Source: Candidatus Eiseniibacteriota bacterium
Lineage (GTDB): Bacteria > Eisenbacteria > RBG-16-71-46 > CAVPCR01
Length of the DNA stretch: 64,000 nt
NCBI GenBank assembly: GCA_963823555.1
Contig: CAWGMA010000001.1
Span: 864,001-928,000 of the forward strand
Direction of reading: 5' to 3'
Shown piece after piece: positions 52,537 to 61,980 of the stretch. A program made the position numbers and the translations under genes. Positions within the stretch are counted from its first letter, which is position 1; each line of letters begins with the position of its first letter. The notes under the pieces are model-generated. The model was not told the DNA's origin. It did no database searches and saw nothing but the letters and a program-made list of their open reading frames with translations.

Positions 52537-54339
52537 ATGACTGGACCCAGAGCCGATGACGCGGTCAAGATGCCGGCGCCCCAAGGGCGCGAGCTTGCCG
52601 CGCTCATCGACATCCTGCGCGAGCTGAATGCCGCCGTCGATCCCTCCGATCGTCTTCCGGTCGTGGTGGCGAGGGCGGCCGGCGCGCTGGGGGCCGAGGC
52701 CGGCTCGCTCTACCTGCTCGACGGCGAACCGCCGCGCCTGGTGGCCCGAGTTCTCCACCAGCGGGCGGATGGACCGCCGCAATCCCCATCGTCGCCGCCC
52801 CCCCCGGCTCCCGCCGAGCCGCTCATCGCTCCGGGGCGCGGCACGGCCGCCTGGGTCGTGCTCAAGGGCGAGAGCCTGCGCCTGGATGATGCCCAGGCGG
52901 ACCCGCGCTTCAAGCCCTACGCCGACGACTTCTCGCCGGCGATTCGCAATCTGCTCTCGGTGCCGCTGCGTGCTGATGGCCGGATTCTCGGCGCACTCGA
53001 CGTGGTGAACCGGGAAGGCGGATTCGATGAATCCAGCGAGCGATTCCTCTCCGCGGTTGGCGACGAGATCGCGATCGCGCTGCGCAACGCATCGCTCGTG
53101 ACCAGTCTGGCCAGGGAGAAGCTCGCCCTGGAGCTCATCCGCGATGCCGGCCGCGTCCTGCTCTCGACGCTCAGCATCGAGGAGGTGCTCGAGCGCATCG
53201 TCGAGAGTCTCAGCCGGCTGGTCGACTTCGATGCCGTGGGCATCTTTCTCCTGAGCCGGGACGGCACCATCGAATACACCATCCTGCGCGGTTACGAGGA
53301 AGACAGCTTCGAGCGCGCACAGCTCAAGGTGGGGGAGGGTATCGTCGGATGGTCGATCAAGACGGGCAAGCCGGCGATCGTGCCGGATGTGCTCGCCGAT
53401 GCACGCTATGTGCTCTCGCGGGAGAGCACGCACTCGGAGTTGGTGGCCCCGCTCGTCTCGCGGGGCAAACCGTTCGGTGCCTTCGTGCTCGAGAGTGATC
53501 GCCTCGCTGCGTACTCCGATGAGGATCTGAAGCGTCTCTCGGCCTTCGCCGATTCGGCGGCGGTGGCGCTCGAGGTGGCGCGCTTGCACGAGGAGGCGGT
53601 GCGCGCCCGACGACTCGAGGAGGATCTGGCGATCGCCCGCCAGATCCAGCTCTCGTTCCTGCCCCAGGCGTCCCCCAAGCTCAAGGGCTTCGATCTGGCC
53701 GGGTTCAACATGCCCTCGCTCGAGGTCGGCGGGGACTACTACGATTTCGTGGAGGTGGCCCCCGGGCAGCTCGGGATCGCCATCGCGGATGTCGCAGGGA
53801 AGGGGGTGGCCGCCGGGCTCATCCTCTCCAGCTTCCGCTCGAGCATGCGCGCGGAGATACGGAACAACTACTCGATCTCCACCATCTTCGGAAAGGTCAA
53901 CGAGCTCCTCCTGGAGACGACCGAGCCGAGTCGCTTCGTCACCGCGCTCTATGGTGTGCTCGATGTCGAGAAACGCCGGTTCACCTACTCCTCGGCCGGG
54001 CACTATCCGGGCCTCCTCGTGCACGAAGATGGCTCGGTCGAGGAGCTTGCCGCGGGGGGGACCGTGCTCGGGGCCTTTCCGAACCAGCACTACGGTGAGG
54101 GGCACGTGACCCTGCGTGCCGGGGACATGCTCCTCCTGTATACGGATGGTGTGACCGAGGCTGCCAACAAGGAGGGAGAGGAGTTCGGAACCTCCTCGCT
54201 CCTGGATATGGCGGTGACCGTGCGTTCCCGGTCCTCGGCGAAGATCGCCGCGGCGATCGAACGCGCCGTGCGCAGTTTCTCCAAACGCAAGGTGCCGGGC
54301 GACGATCTGACGCTGGTCATCCTCAAGGTGCTGTCGTGA
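52537..54339 (+). CDS. GAF-GAF-SpoIIE (RsbU-like) PP2C phosphatase
   Basis: ARQIQ, EVGGDYYD, IADVAGKG, LYTDGVTE, DDLTLV. Confidence 0.93.
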   Translation: MTGPRADDAVKMPAPQGRELAALIDILRELNAAVDPSDRLPVVVARAAGALGAEAGSLYLLDGEPPRLVARVLHQRADGPPQSPSSPPPPAPAEPLIAPGRGTAAWVVLKGESLRLDDAQADPRFKPYADDFSPAIRNLLSVPLRADGRILGALDVVNREGGFDESSERFLSAVGDEIAIALRNASLVTSLAREKLALELIRDAGRVLLSTLSIEEVLERIVESLSRLVDFDAVGIFLLSRDGTIEYTILRGYEEDSFERAQLKVGEGIVGWSIKTGKPAIVPDVLADARYVLSRESTHSELVAPLVSRGKPFGAFVLESDRLAAYSDEDLKRLSAFADSAAVALEVARLHEEAVRARRLEEDLAIARQIQLSFLPQASPKLKGFDLAGFNMPSLEVGGDYYDFVEVAPGQLGIAIADVAGKGVAAGLILSSFRSSMRAEIRNNYSISTIFGKVNELLLETTEPSRFVTALYGVLDVEKRRFTYSSAGHYPGLLVHEDGSVEELAAGGTVLGAFPNQHYGEGHVTLRAGDMLLLYTDGVTEAANKEGEEFGTSSLLDMAVTVRSRSSAKIAAAIERAVRSFSKRKVPGDDLTLVILKVLS

Positions 54340-54351
54340 GGACCTCGGGTC

Positions 54352-54843
54352 TCAGGTCGTGTCGCCCCGGGGGAACGGAAGTTCCGCGCCCTCCGCGTCC
54401 TCACGCGTGAGGAGGGCCAGGACCTCTTCCGCCGAGCGGGCCGCGCGCAGGCTGGCCACGAACTCATGGCGCCGAGTGAGCCGGGCGATACGCGCCAGGG
54501 CCTTGAGCTGCGGGCCTGGCGCCTGGCGGCTCCCGATGAGGAGGAAGAAGATGTGGACCGGCGCCCCGTCCACGGCATCGAAGTCGATGCCGGCCGGGGA
54601 GATGCCGATGACGATGGCGGGCGCCTCGATGGCGGCGGCGGCGTGGGGGATGGCGATGCCGTCCCCGATGCCCGTGGACATGACGGCCTCCCGGCGGATG
54701 ACGTCGCGAAGGATGGCCTCAGGATCGGAGAAAGCGAGCGAAGCGGCGAGCCGGGCCACCAGCTGGCCGAGGATCTCGCTCTTCGTGCCAGCATGGAGGT
54801 CGAGGGCAATGCGATCGGCAGTGACGTAATCGCTGATCCGCAT
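54352..54843 (-). CDS. PTS EIIA (PtsN/Fru-type) stand-alone protein
   Basis: RREAVMSTGIGDGIAIPH, GIDFDAVDGAPVHIFFLL. Confidence 0.9.
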   Translation of the reverse strand: MRISDYVTADRIALDLHAGTKSEILGQLVARLAASLAFSDPEAILRDVIRREAVMSTGIGDGIAIPHAAAAIEAPAIVIGISPAGIDFDAVDGAPVHIFFLLIGSRQAPGPQLKALARIARLTRRHEFVASLRAARSAEEVLALLTREDAEGAELPFPRGDTT

Positions 54844-54933
54844 CGGGGGCGGTGGCCCTCTCTCAACAACGGGAACCGGGACCAGGACGGTGGATCGCGG
54901 TTCGCCAGGCGAACCGCAGGCGGACGGTAACAG

Positions 54934-55506
54934 ATGCCGGAGCACGCACACAACGGAAAGCCCGGCTCACCCATCGGCGCCGGGCCCGGCCGGCCCATCG
55001 CCCTGGTCGGGTTGATGGGGGTGGGCAAGACCGTCGTCGGTCGTCTCCTGGGCGAGCGGCTCGGGCGGCCGTTCGTTGACACCGATCGGGTCATCTCGAG
55101 GGCGGCCGGTCGCTCGATCACCGAGCTCTTCCGAATCGAGGGCGAACCGATGTTCCGCGAGCGCGAGCGTGCGCTGATTGCCGAGCTGCCTTCCTATTCC
55201 GGCCATGTGCTCGCCCTTGGCGGCGGCATGTTCGTCGGCGAAGAAAACGTGCGCCGGATCCACGCCACCGCCACCGTGGTCTGGCTGCGGGCCCGCCTCG
55301 CCACCCTCGCCAGCCGACTCACGCCCGCGGCGTGCGCCGAGCGTCCCTTGTTGTCCGGAGCGGATGCGATGGCGACTCTGGCGGCGCTGCACGCCGAGCG
55401 TGCTCCCTGGTACGCCAGGGCGCACCATGCGGTGGATACTGACGGGAGGGAGCCGGAAGGGGTCGTCGACCTCATCATGGCGGCCCTGGGCGAGTCATGC
55501 GGGTGA
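54934..55506 (+). CDS. aroK: Shikimate kinase
   Basis: LVGLMGVGKT, DTD, GE..FR..E, LGGG, RPLL. Confidence 0.94.
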   Translation: MPEHAHNGKPGSPIGAGPGRPIALVGLMGVGKTVVGRLLGERLGRPFVDTDRVISRAAGRSITELFRIEGEPMFRERERALIAELPSYSGHVLALGGGMFVGEENVRRIHATATVVWLRARLATLASRLTPAACAERPLLSGADAMATLAALHAERAPWYARAHHAVDTDGREPEGVVDLIMAALGESCG

Positions 55507-56063
55507 CAGGTGGCGAGCTTTGCGGACGGCGCCTCAAGGTGCCCTCCGGCGACGTGCGTCCGACTGCGGATCGAGTCCGCGAGAGCCTCTTCATGGTGCT
55601 CAGCGGAGGGCTTCCCGGAGCACGGGTGCTCGATCTATTCGCCGGTTCAGGAGCGCTTGGCATCGAAGCCCTGTCCCGGGGCGCCAGGCACTGTGTCTTC
55701 GTCGAGACCAGCCGGAAGGCCGCGGCCGTCGTGGAGGCCAACTTGAAGGCGCTCGGCCTCGAGGCGCGGAGCGAGCTCCTGATCGGCTCCGCCAGTCTCT
55801 GGCTCGGTCGCCTCGCCGCTGCCAACCGCACCTTCGACCTGGTGCTCGTGGATCCACCCTATGCCGATCCCGAGATCATTTCGGTGCTCGAGGATCTCGT
55901 CCGGAAGCATGTGCTGGCCGCGCCTGGAGTCGTGGCCTGGGAGCACGACCGCCGCGCCACACCACCGCCGGAGGATCTCCTCGTTCAGGTGGACGAACGA
56001 CGATACGGGGATACGGTCGTGACCCTGCTCCGGGCCCGGGACGCACCCGTCGGGGAGCCCTAG
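55497..56063 (+). CDS. rsmD: 16S rRNA m2G966 methyltransferase
   Basis: RPTADRVRESLF, LDLFAGSGALGIEALSRGA, DPPY. Confidence 0.95.
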   Translation: MRVTGGELCGRRLKVPSGDVRPTADRVRESLFMVLSGGLPGARVLDLFAGSGALGIEALSRGARHCVFVETSRKAAAVVEANLKALGLEARSELLIGSASLWLGRLAAANRTFDLVLVDPPYADPEIISVLEDLVRKHVLAAPGVVAWEHDRRATPPPEDLLVQVDERRYGDTVVTLLRARDAPVGEP

Positions 56064-56120
56064 GGCGGGGTGGCGCAAACCTCCGAGCTTTGGCAAGATC
56101 GGAGGGCAAGGAGGTGAGCC

Positions 56121-56420
56121 ATGGCGACATTCATCCTCATGACCAAGCTGTCACCGGAGGTTACCCGCGACGTCAACCATCGGGCCGAGATCGGCCGGCA
56201 GTGGAAGGCCGCGGTCGATCAGAAGTGTCCGGGGGTCAAGTGGGTGGCCCACTATGCGCTCCTTGGTCCCTACGACTTCATGGATATCTTCGAGGCGCCG
56301 GACGAAGAGACGGCGGCGAAGGTATCCCTGATTTCGCTTTCCAAGGGCGCGGTCAAGGCCGAGTCCTGGACGGCGATCCCCTATGCTCGTTTCCTCGAGA
56401 TCGCCAAGGATGTGAGCTGA
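56121..56420 (+). CDS. GYD domain protein
   Basis: YALLGPYDFMDIFEAPDEE; AGGAGG RBS. Confidence 0.85.
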   Translation: MATFILMTKLSPEVTRDVNHRAEIGRQWKAAVDQKCPGVKWVAHYALLGPYDFMDIFEAPDEETAAKVSLISLSKGAVKAESWTAIPYARFLEIAKDVS

Positions 56421-56550
56421 TTCCTCGGCGTTTTCGTGGCCGAGGGGTGGTGGCGCCCCTGATCATCCTCGCCACTCCGGAGCTTGGGCCGCCCCCGGTG
56501 GAGGCCTCGGTCTCCACTCGTCACCCAACGACCGACCGGCAGGAGGACAT

Positions 56551-57051
56551 GTGGACCGAGCGATCTTCCCCGGCACCTTCGACCCGGTGACCCTGGGTCA
56601 TCTCGACATCGTGCGGCGCGCGTTGACCATCTTCGACCGCATCGTGGTCGCGGTGGCGGAGCAGCGCGAGAAGCGGGTTCTGTTCTCTCTCGAGGAACGG
56701 GTCGAGATGATTCGGGAGGCGACGGCCGATCTCTCCGGCGTGGAGGTGGAGAGTTTTGACGGCATGCTCGTCGAGTTCGCGCGCGCGCGCGGCGTGCGCG
56801 CGATCATCCGTGGACTGCGCGTCATCTCGGATTTCGAGTACGAATTCCAGATGGCTCTCATGAACCGCCGGCTTGACGAGGGGATCGACACGATCTTCCT
56901 CATGCCCAGCGAACGCCACATCTATCTGAACTCGACCGTCGTGCGTGAGATCGCCCGGATGGGAGGGCCGATCGAGGCGTTCGTCACGCCCGGGGTGACG
57001 AAACGGCTCCGGGCCCGATTCACCGCCGGGCCCACGAGGGTGGCACCCTAA
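56551..57051 (+). CDS. coaD: Pantetheine-phosphate adenylyltransferase
   Basis: [24 protein letters not shown]. Confidence 0.97.
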   Translation: MDRAIFPGTFDPVTLGHLDIVRRALTIFDRIVVAVAEQREKRVLFSLEERVEMIREATADLSGVEVESFDGMLVEFARARGVRAIIRGLRVISDFEYEFQMALMNRRLDEGIDTIFLMPSERHIYLNSTVVREIARMGGPIEAFVTPGVTKRLRARFTAGPTRVAP

Positions 57052-57107
57052 CCGCTGCCGGCGGCCACAGCGGCAACGAGATTGTCCACAGCGGAGACGT
57101 GCAGCCG

Positions 57108-58208
57108 ATGTTTGTCGATTCAGTGACGATCGACGTCGCAGGCGGGCGAGGGGGTGATGGTTGCATCTCCTTCCGCCGTGAAAAGTTCGTGCCCAAGGGC
57201 GGTCCCAACGGTGGTGATGGTGGTCACGGCGGCAGCGTGATCCTCGTTGTCGACCAGAACTTGCGTACATTGCTCGATTTCCGCCATCGGGCCCGTTTCG
57301 CGGCCGAGCGCGGCGAGCATGGGCGAGGCAAGAACCAGTACGGACGCTCGGGAGCCGATCTCCTGGTCCCCGTCCCGCCGGGGACATTGGTCACAGATGT
57401 CGAGACCGGCACGATGCTTGCCGATCTCACAGTGGCAGGGGAGTCCGTGGTCATCGCCGCCGGCGGCCGCGGTGGGTGGGGCAACGCCCATTTTGCCACC
57501 CCGACCCGTCAGGCGCCGCGCTTCGCGCGGCCGGGCACTCCGGGCGAAGCGCGCCGGATCCAGCTCGAACTCAAGCTGATTGCCGACGTTGGGCTGGTCG
57601 GCCTGCCCAACGCGGGCAAGTCGACCTTGCTGTCGCGATTGTCCGCGGCCCGGCCGCGAATCGCCTCCTATCCATTCACCACCCTGGAGCCGCATCTGGG
57701 GATTGTCTCGATCGCGGAGGGCGTGAGCTTCGTCATGGCCGACTTGCCGGGCTTGATCGCCGGAGCCCACGCGGGCAAGGGGCTGGGCATTCAGTTCCTG
57801 AAGCACATCGAACGGACCCAGGTCCTGGTCTTCCTGCTCGATGTGAGTCATGAGGACCCGGAAGCCGACCTCGACCTGTTGCGGCATGAGCTGGGGGCCT
57901 ACTCGCTAGCCCTGCTCGACAAACCCCATCTCATCTGCTACTCGAAGCTCGATCTCCTGGCCGGGCAGCCGCTGCCGAAGGCTGCGGCTGCCCGGGTGGG
58001 AAGGGATGAAGCCCTGGCGATCTCCGCCGCCACCGGCGAACATCTGGAACGCCTGAAGAACCGCCTCGCTCGCGAGCTGGGACTGACCGGGCCAGCGGCG
58101 ACCCCGGAGGTCGCGGCGACCAGGGGGATCGTCCCGGCCCCGCCCGCTGGGGACGGGGACCGGGCCGCCGACCATCCCAACAACGCCGGAGGAGAGATTC
58201 CAACATGA
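57108..58208 (+). CDS. obgE: GTPase ObgE/CgtA
   Basis: [36 protein letters not shown]. Confidence 0.97.
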   Translation: MFVDSVTIDVAGGRGGDGCISFRREKFVPKGGPNGGDGGHGGSVILVVDQNLRTLLDFRHRARFAAERGEHGRGKNQYGRSGADLLVPVPPGTLVTDVETGTMLADLTVAGESVVIAAGGRGGWGNAHFATPTRQAPRFARPGTPGEARRIQLELKLIADVGLVGLPNAGKSTLLSRLSAARPRIASYPFTTLEPHLGIVSIAEGVSFVMADLPGLIAGAHAGKGLGIQFLKHIERTQVLVFLLDVSHEDPEADLDLLRHELGAYSLALLDKPHLICYSKLDLLAGQPLPKAAAARVGRDEALAISAATGEHLERLKNRLARELGLTGPAATPEVAATRGIVPAPPAGDGDRAADHPNNAGGEIPT

Positions 58209-58786
58209 CTCCGCGCTCGAATCCGTCGAGCTTTGATCCGCGGCTCCGCACCCTGCAGGGGAAGCTCGAAGTCATCACTCAGCTGCGCCGCGACATGGCT
58301 GATAAGGCCGTCCCTCTGCTGCTTGAGCTCCTGTGTGATCAGAGCTGGCACGTGCGGGAGAGGGCGGTCGAAGCCCTTGCCGAGCGGGGCGAGGAGGTCG
58401 TGGCGCCGCTCTCCAGCCTGCTTCATGACGGTCTCTGGTACACGCGAGCTTGTGCCGCCGAGGCCCTGGGGAAGATCGGGGCTGTTCCCAGCCTCAGGAC
58501 GCTGGCCACCCGGCTCGGTGATGACAACGAGACCGTGCGCAGGGCGGTATCGGTTGCCCTCGCGGCCATGGTTCGGCGGCATGGTGGCGAAACCGTGCGG
58601 GCTGCTCTCGAAACGGAGGGGATCGACCCGGACCGCGCGCGGAACACGCCGGAGCTCGCCGCTCTCGCTCAGGCATTCATGGATGATCGGGCCAGGGAGC
58701 GAGAGAACGACCCGGGGCCGGGCATGGACCCGGGGGGGGACAAGCCGGGAGGGGATGCCCCGGCCGACGGACACGCAGGGAGCTGA
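58205..58786 (+). CDS. HEAT-repeat protein
   Basis: [45 protein letters not shown]. Confidence 0.85.
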   Translation: MTPRSNPSSFDPRLRTLQGKLEVITQLRRDMADKAVPLLLELLCDQSWHVRERAVEALAERGEEVVAPLSSLLHDGLWYTRACAAEALGKIGAVPSLRTLATRLGDDNETVRRAVSVALAAMVRRHGGETVRAALETEGIDPDRARNTPELAALAQAFMDDRARERENDPGPGMDPGGDKPGGDAPADGHAGS

Positions 58787-58842
58787 GGCGCTCCGGCCTG
58801 CAGGCGGGACGAGAGACCATCGGGCGACCGCCGGAGGATCTC

Positions 58843-60033
58843 TTGGATCCAGACCAGTTGGCGGCCGCCATCTGCCTCGATGAAACGCCCGGGGGACGGC
58901 TCGGCCCCCGCGAACGCAAAGAGTGTCTTGAGCACCATCTCGGGCCGCTCGGCATCCTTCTCACGTCACCGAAGCTCAGCGCCCAGCGCGCGCGATGGCA
59001 GGATCGTCGAGCGCGCTCCGCCTGGCGGGCCCGAGCCGAGGCCTTTGCCGCCCGCGGGGGGCGCTTCCTCCCGGCCACGGATCCTGCCTATCCGCTTCGT
59101 CTCACGCCCTTCGAGTGGGCGCCGGCCTGGCTCTACGCCCTGGGAACGAGCGCCCTTCCTGACCGCACGGTGGCCATTGTGGGCACGCGCCGTGCCACCC
59201 CGAGTGCCCGGGAGCTTGCCGCCGGCCTGGCCCGCGGCTGCGCCACGGCGGGAGTGTGCGTGATCTCGGGGCTCGCGCGCGGCATCGATGCAGCGGCCCA
59301 TCATGGAGCGCTCGAAAGGGATGGAGTGACGGTCGCCGTGCTCGGGACCGGTGTCGATCGCTGCTATCCTGCCGTGAATCGCCATCTCTACGCTGCCATA
59401 GCGGAGCGCGGGCTCCTCTTGAGTCCCTTTCCTCCGGGCGCGCCGCCGCGCCGTGAGCACTTTCCGCAGCGCAACGCGTTACTCGCCGCCCTGGCGCGGG
59501 CCGTTGTCGTCATCCAGGCTCCAGCCCGGAGCGGTGCCCTCCTGACCGCCCATCACGCCGCCGAGATCGGCTGCGACGTGCTCGCCGTACCGGGCGACCC
59601 CATCCTGCCGGAGAACGCGGGCTCCAATCGCCTGCTCGCGGCTGGAGCCCGGGTGGCGCTCGGCATCGAGGATGTGCTAAGCGCTGTCGCTGGCTACGAG
59701 GTCCCGACATCCGGAGTGACGACGGTGGCGGGGGGAGGGCTGGATCCCCCGCTCGTGCCACCGATCGCAGCAGTCGATCGCCGCCTGCTCGCCGAGCTGG
59801 ACCTCGTCCCCCGCGCACCCGATCAGCTGGCCGTCGCCCTGGACACGCCGGTGACCGAGGTGCTCGCGGGCCTCCTCCGACTCGAGCTGGCCGGCCTGGT
59901 CGAGAGGCTTCCGGGAAGCGCGGTGCGGCTGACTCCTCGCGCGGCTCGTTCCGCGCGGATACGATGGGCCGATGACGGCGATCATCGCCGGCGCCGACGC
60001 CCGGGCAGGAACACGGAGGAACGGGGTTCATGA
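58843..60033 (+). CDS. dprA: DNA-processing protein DprA
   Basis: VAIVGTR, SGLARGIDAAAH, FPQRN, SGALLTA, C-terminal LELAG winged helix. Confidence 0.93.
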   Translation: MDPDQLAAAICLDETPGGRLGPRERKECLEHHLGPLGILLTSPKLSAQRARWQDRRARSAWRARAEAFAARGGRFLPATDPAYPLRLTPFEWAPAWLYALGTSALPDRTVAIVGTRRATPSARELAAGLARGCATAGVCVISGLARGIDAAAHHGALERDGVTVAVLGTGVDRCYPAVNRHLYAAIAERGLLLSPFPPGAPPRREHFPQRNALLAALARAVVVIQAPARSGALLTAHHAAEIGCDVLAVPGDPILPENAGSNRLLAAGARVALGIEDVLSAVAGYEVPTSGVTTVAGGGLDPPLVPPIAAVDRRLLAELDLVPRAPDQLAVALDTPVTEVLAGLLRLELAGLVERLPGSAVRLTPRAARSARIRWADDGDHRRRRRPGRNTEERGS

Positions 60034-61049
60034 GCGAGGAGATCGTCGAGACCGAGCAGCCAAGGCCGGTTTCATTCTGGCTGGATATCGGCTATCGCAG
60101 CCAGTACCTCGCCTTGCGCGTGGCCATGGAAGCGGCCGGTCTGCTGCCGCGCTCCTTGATGGGTGTCGCCGGCGACTGGGCCGGTGAGTTCGTGTATCGC
60201 GTGCTGCGCGTTCGTCGCCGGGTGGTCGAGGACAACTTGCGCGCCACCCTGGGCCAGACCCTGGATCGGGCTGGCATCGACTTGATCGCCCGCGGCGTGT
60301 ACCACCACCTCGGTCGCACGCTATTCGAGTACGGGAGCTTCCGCCGGTTGGATCCGGAACGCCTTCGCGAGTGGGTCGAAGTGCGTGGCGTCGAACATCT
60401 CAAGGAAGTTCAGGAGCGAGGTCGCGGTGCCATCCTGGTCACCGGTCATTTCGGAAACTGGGAGCTGATCGGTGCGGTTGTCGCCATGTACGGCTACCCG
60501 ATTCACTTCCTCGCCAAGGAGCAGCGCAATCCGTATGTCGACCGCTACATGGACCGCACGCGTCGCAAGCACCTCGGGGTGGGCGTGCTCAACCCCGGGC
60601 CCGAGCTCCGGCGCGTCTATCGCGCCCTGCGCCAAGGCGAAATGCTGGGCATGCTGTTCGATCAGGATGCGGGGCCGCGTGGGGAGTTTCTCGATGTGCT
60701 CGGTCGCGTGGCTTCGGTGCAGACAGGGGCCGCGGTTCTCTCCCACCGGACGGGGGCGCCGATCCTGACCGGCGGCATATTCCGCCTACCTGATGGGCAC
60801 CACCGGGTTTCGATCGAGCCGGCCATCGATCCCAATACCGAGGCGCCCCTGGCGGATGAGGTGCGCCGGCTCACCACCCATGCCGCAGCCAGCCTGGAGC
60901 GCTTGATCTGCCTCCACCCCGAGCAGTACTACTGGGTTCATCGCCGATGGAAGACGAGACCGCCGGGGGAAGAGAGGGACACCAAGTCGTCGCCGGGCGG
61001 GATGCAAGTCGGAACACAAAAAGGTTCCCCATCGCCTTCACGCCGCTAG
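60030..61049 (+). CDS. Lipid A lauroyl/lysophospholipid acyltransferase (HtrB/LpxL family)
   Basis: GHFGNWE, DQD, HPEQYYWVHRRWK. Confidence 0.92.
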   Translation: MSEEIVETEQPRPVSFWLDIGYRSQYLALRVAMEAAGLLPRSLMGVAGDWAGEFVYRVLRVRRRVVEDNLRATLGQTLDRAGIDLIARGVYHHLGRTLFEYGSFRRLDPERLREWVEVRGVEHLKEVQERGRGAILVTGHFGNWELIGAVVAMYGYPIHFLAKEQRNPYVDRYMDRTRRKHLGVGVLNPGPELRRVYRALRQGEMLGMLFDQDAGPRGEFLDVLGRVASVQTGAAVLSHRTGAPILTGGIFRLPDGHHRVSIEPAIDPNTEAPLADEVRRLTTHAAASLERLICLHPEQYYWVHRRWKTRPPGEERDTKSSPGGMQVGTQKGSPSPSRR

Positions 61050-61166
61050 CCATCCGTGGCGACCCCACACATCTTTGAATGGGGCACGTCCGCTCTCTAG
61101 GGCCGAGTGTTACGGTCACCTGGAGTGGTCTCGGGCGCGACTGCGATAGGGAACCCCGCTCCGCTT
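61018..61166 (-). ncRNA. Candidate structured small RNA (6S-like rod; family unassigned)
   Basis: Nested stems whose G-U pairs work only on the minus strand; upstream promoter; 3' UUUUU. Confidence 0.65.
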
Positions 61167-61172
61167 GACGAC

Positions 61173-61201
61173 AAGCTAGCCGCCGACTCCTGGCCTGTCA
61201 A
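61173..61201 (-). promoter_or_regulatory. Sigma70 promoter for the candidate ncRNA
   Basis: Minus strand TTGACA-N17-TAGCTT. Confidence 0.7.
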
Positions 61202-61297
61202 GCTGGGTCGTGTGCGGGGAAGTTGAAATCTTCGTTGTGGATTTTCGGTCCCCGATCCGCTTCGGTGCCGACCGGTCCCGACGCGGCCGGCCTCCGT

Positions 61298-61663
61298 TCA
61301 CGACTGCGGTGGCGCTCCACCTGATTCGGTGGGTATGGGAGTCGTGAACCCGATATGCCGCGGGGCCAGTTCGCCCGGCGGTGACGGGATCGTGCCGTGG
61401 TCGCCCTCGTAGCGGGCGATGTTCTGGTCGAGAGCAGCGCGCAGCGCCTTCACATGCTGCGGTGTCATGACGATACGGGCGTGAACGCGCGCCCGGCGGG
61501 CGCCAGGGAGGATGCGAGCGAAGTCGAGGATAAATTCAGAAGGGGTATGGGAAATGAGGGCCAGGTTGGAATAGATGCCCTCCGATTCACGCTCTCCGAG
61601 TTCGACGCCGATCGACTGCACCGGGGGTGCGTTGCTCGCCGGGGGCCGCTGTCCGCTCGCCAT
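61298..61663 (-). CDS. DUF3467 domain protein
   Basis: GIYSNLALISHTPSEFILDF, RIVMTPQHVKAL..AL..NI..YE. Confidence 0.88.
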   Translation of the reverse strand: MASGQRPPASNAPPVQSIGVELGERESEGIYSNLALISHTPSEFILDFARILPGARRARVHARIVMTPQHVKALRAALDQNIARYEGDHGTIPSPPGELAPRHIGFTTPIPTESGGAPPQS

Positions 61664-61888
61664 GCCAGGTCCTCACGGGGTTGGGTGCCGGAATGCAGGT
61701 CCTTTCCAGCGCGCTGGTTGCCGCTGTCGGGTCCACCAGATGCCGGGGCTGTCTGGATCCCGGACGGCATCGGGCCCAAGAACCGTAGGCGGCGCCCGGT
61801 CGCCCGTCAAGACAGGGAATCGAGACGGAGGCCCAGGGCCCGGTTGGCTCCCCTATCCGGGGGCGGGGCATGCCGGCGAGCTTTCCCG

Positions 61889-61917
61889 TTGCCTGGCCGG
61901 TCCTGGAATGCTAGCTT
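61889..61917 (+). promoter_or_regulatory. Putative promoter of the radical SAM gene
   Basis: TTGCCT-N17-TAGCTT with extended TGn. Confidence 0.55.
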
Positions 61918-61980
61918 AAGATGTTTAAGGGTGTTAACTTGGAGAACTATCTTGCCCCTGCCCAGGACGACGGGGTGGAC

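Noticed and set aside
44348..54105. Long minus-strand ORFs (646, 843, 563, 563 aa)
   Set aside because: Antisense shadows of tamB, pcrA, gatB and the phosphatase
61081..61110. Resemblance to a large SRP RNA Alu domain or tmRNA on the plus strand
   Set aside because: No SRP helix-8 motif or tRNA-like ends; G-U pairs and the promoter favour the minus strand
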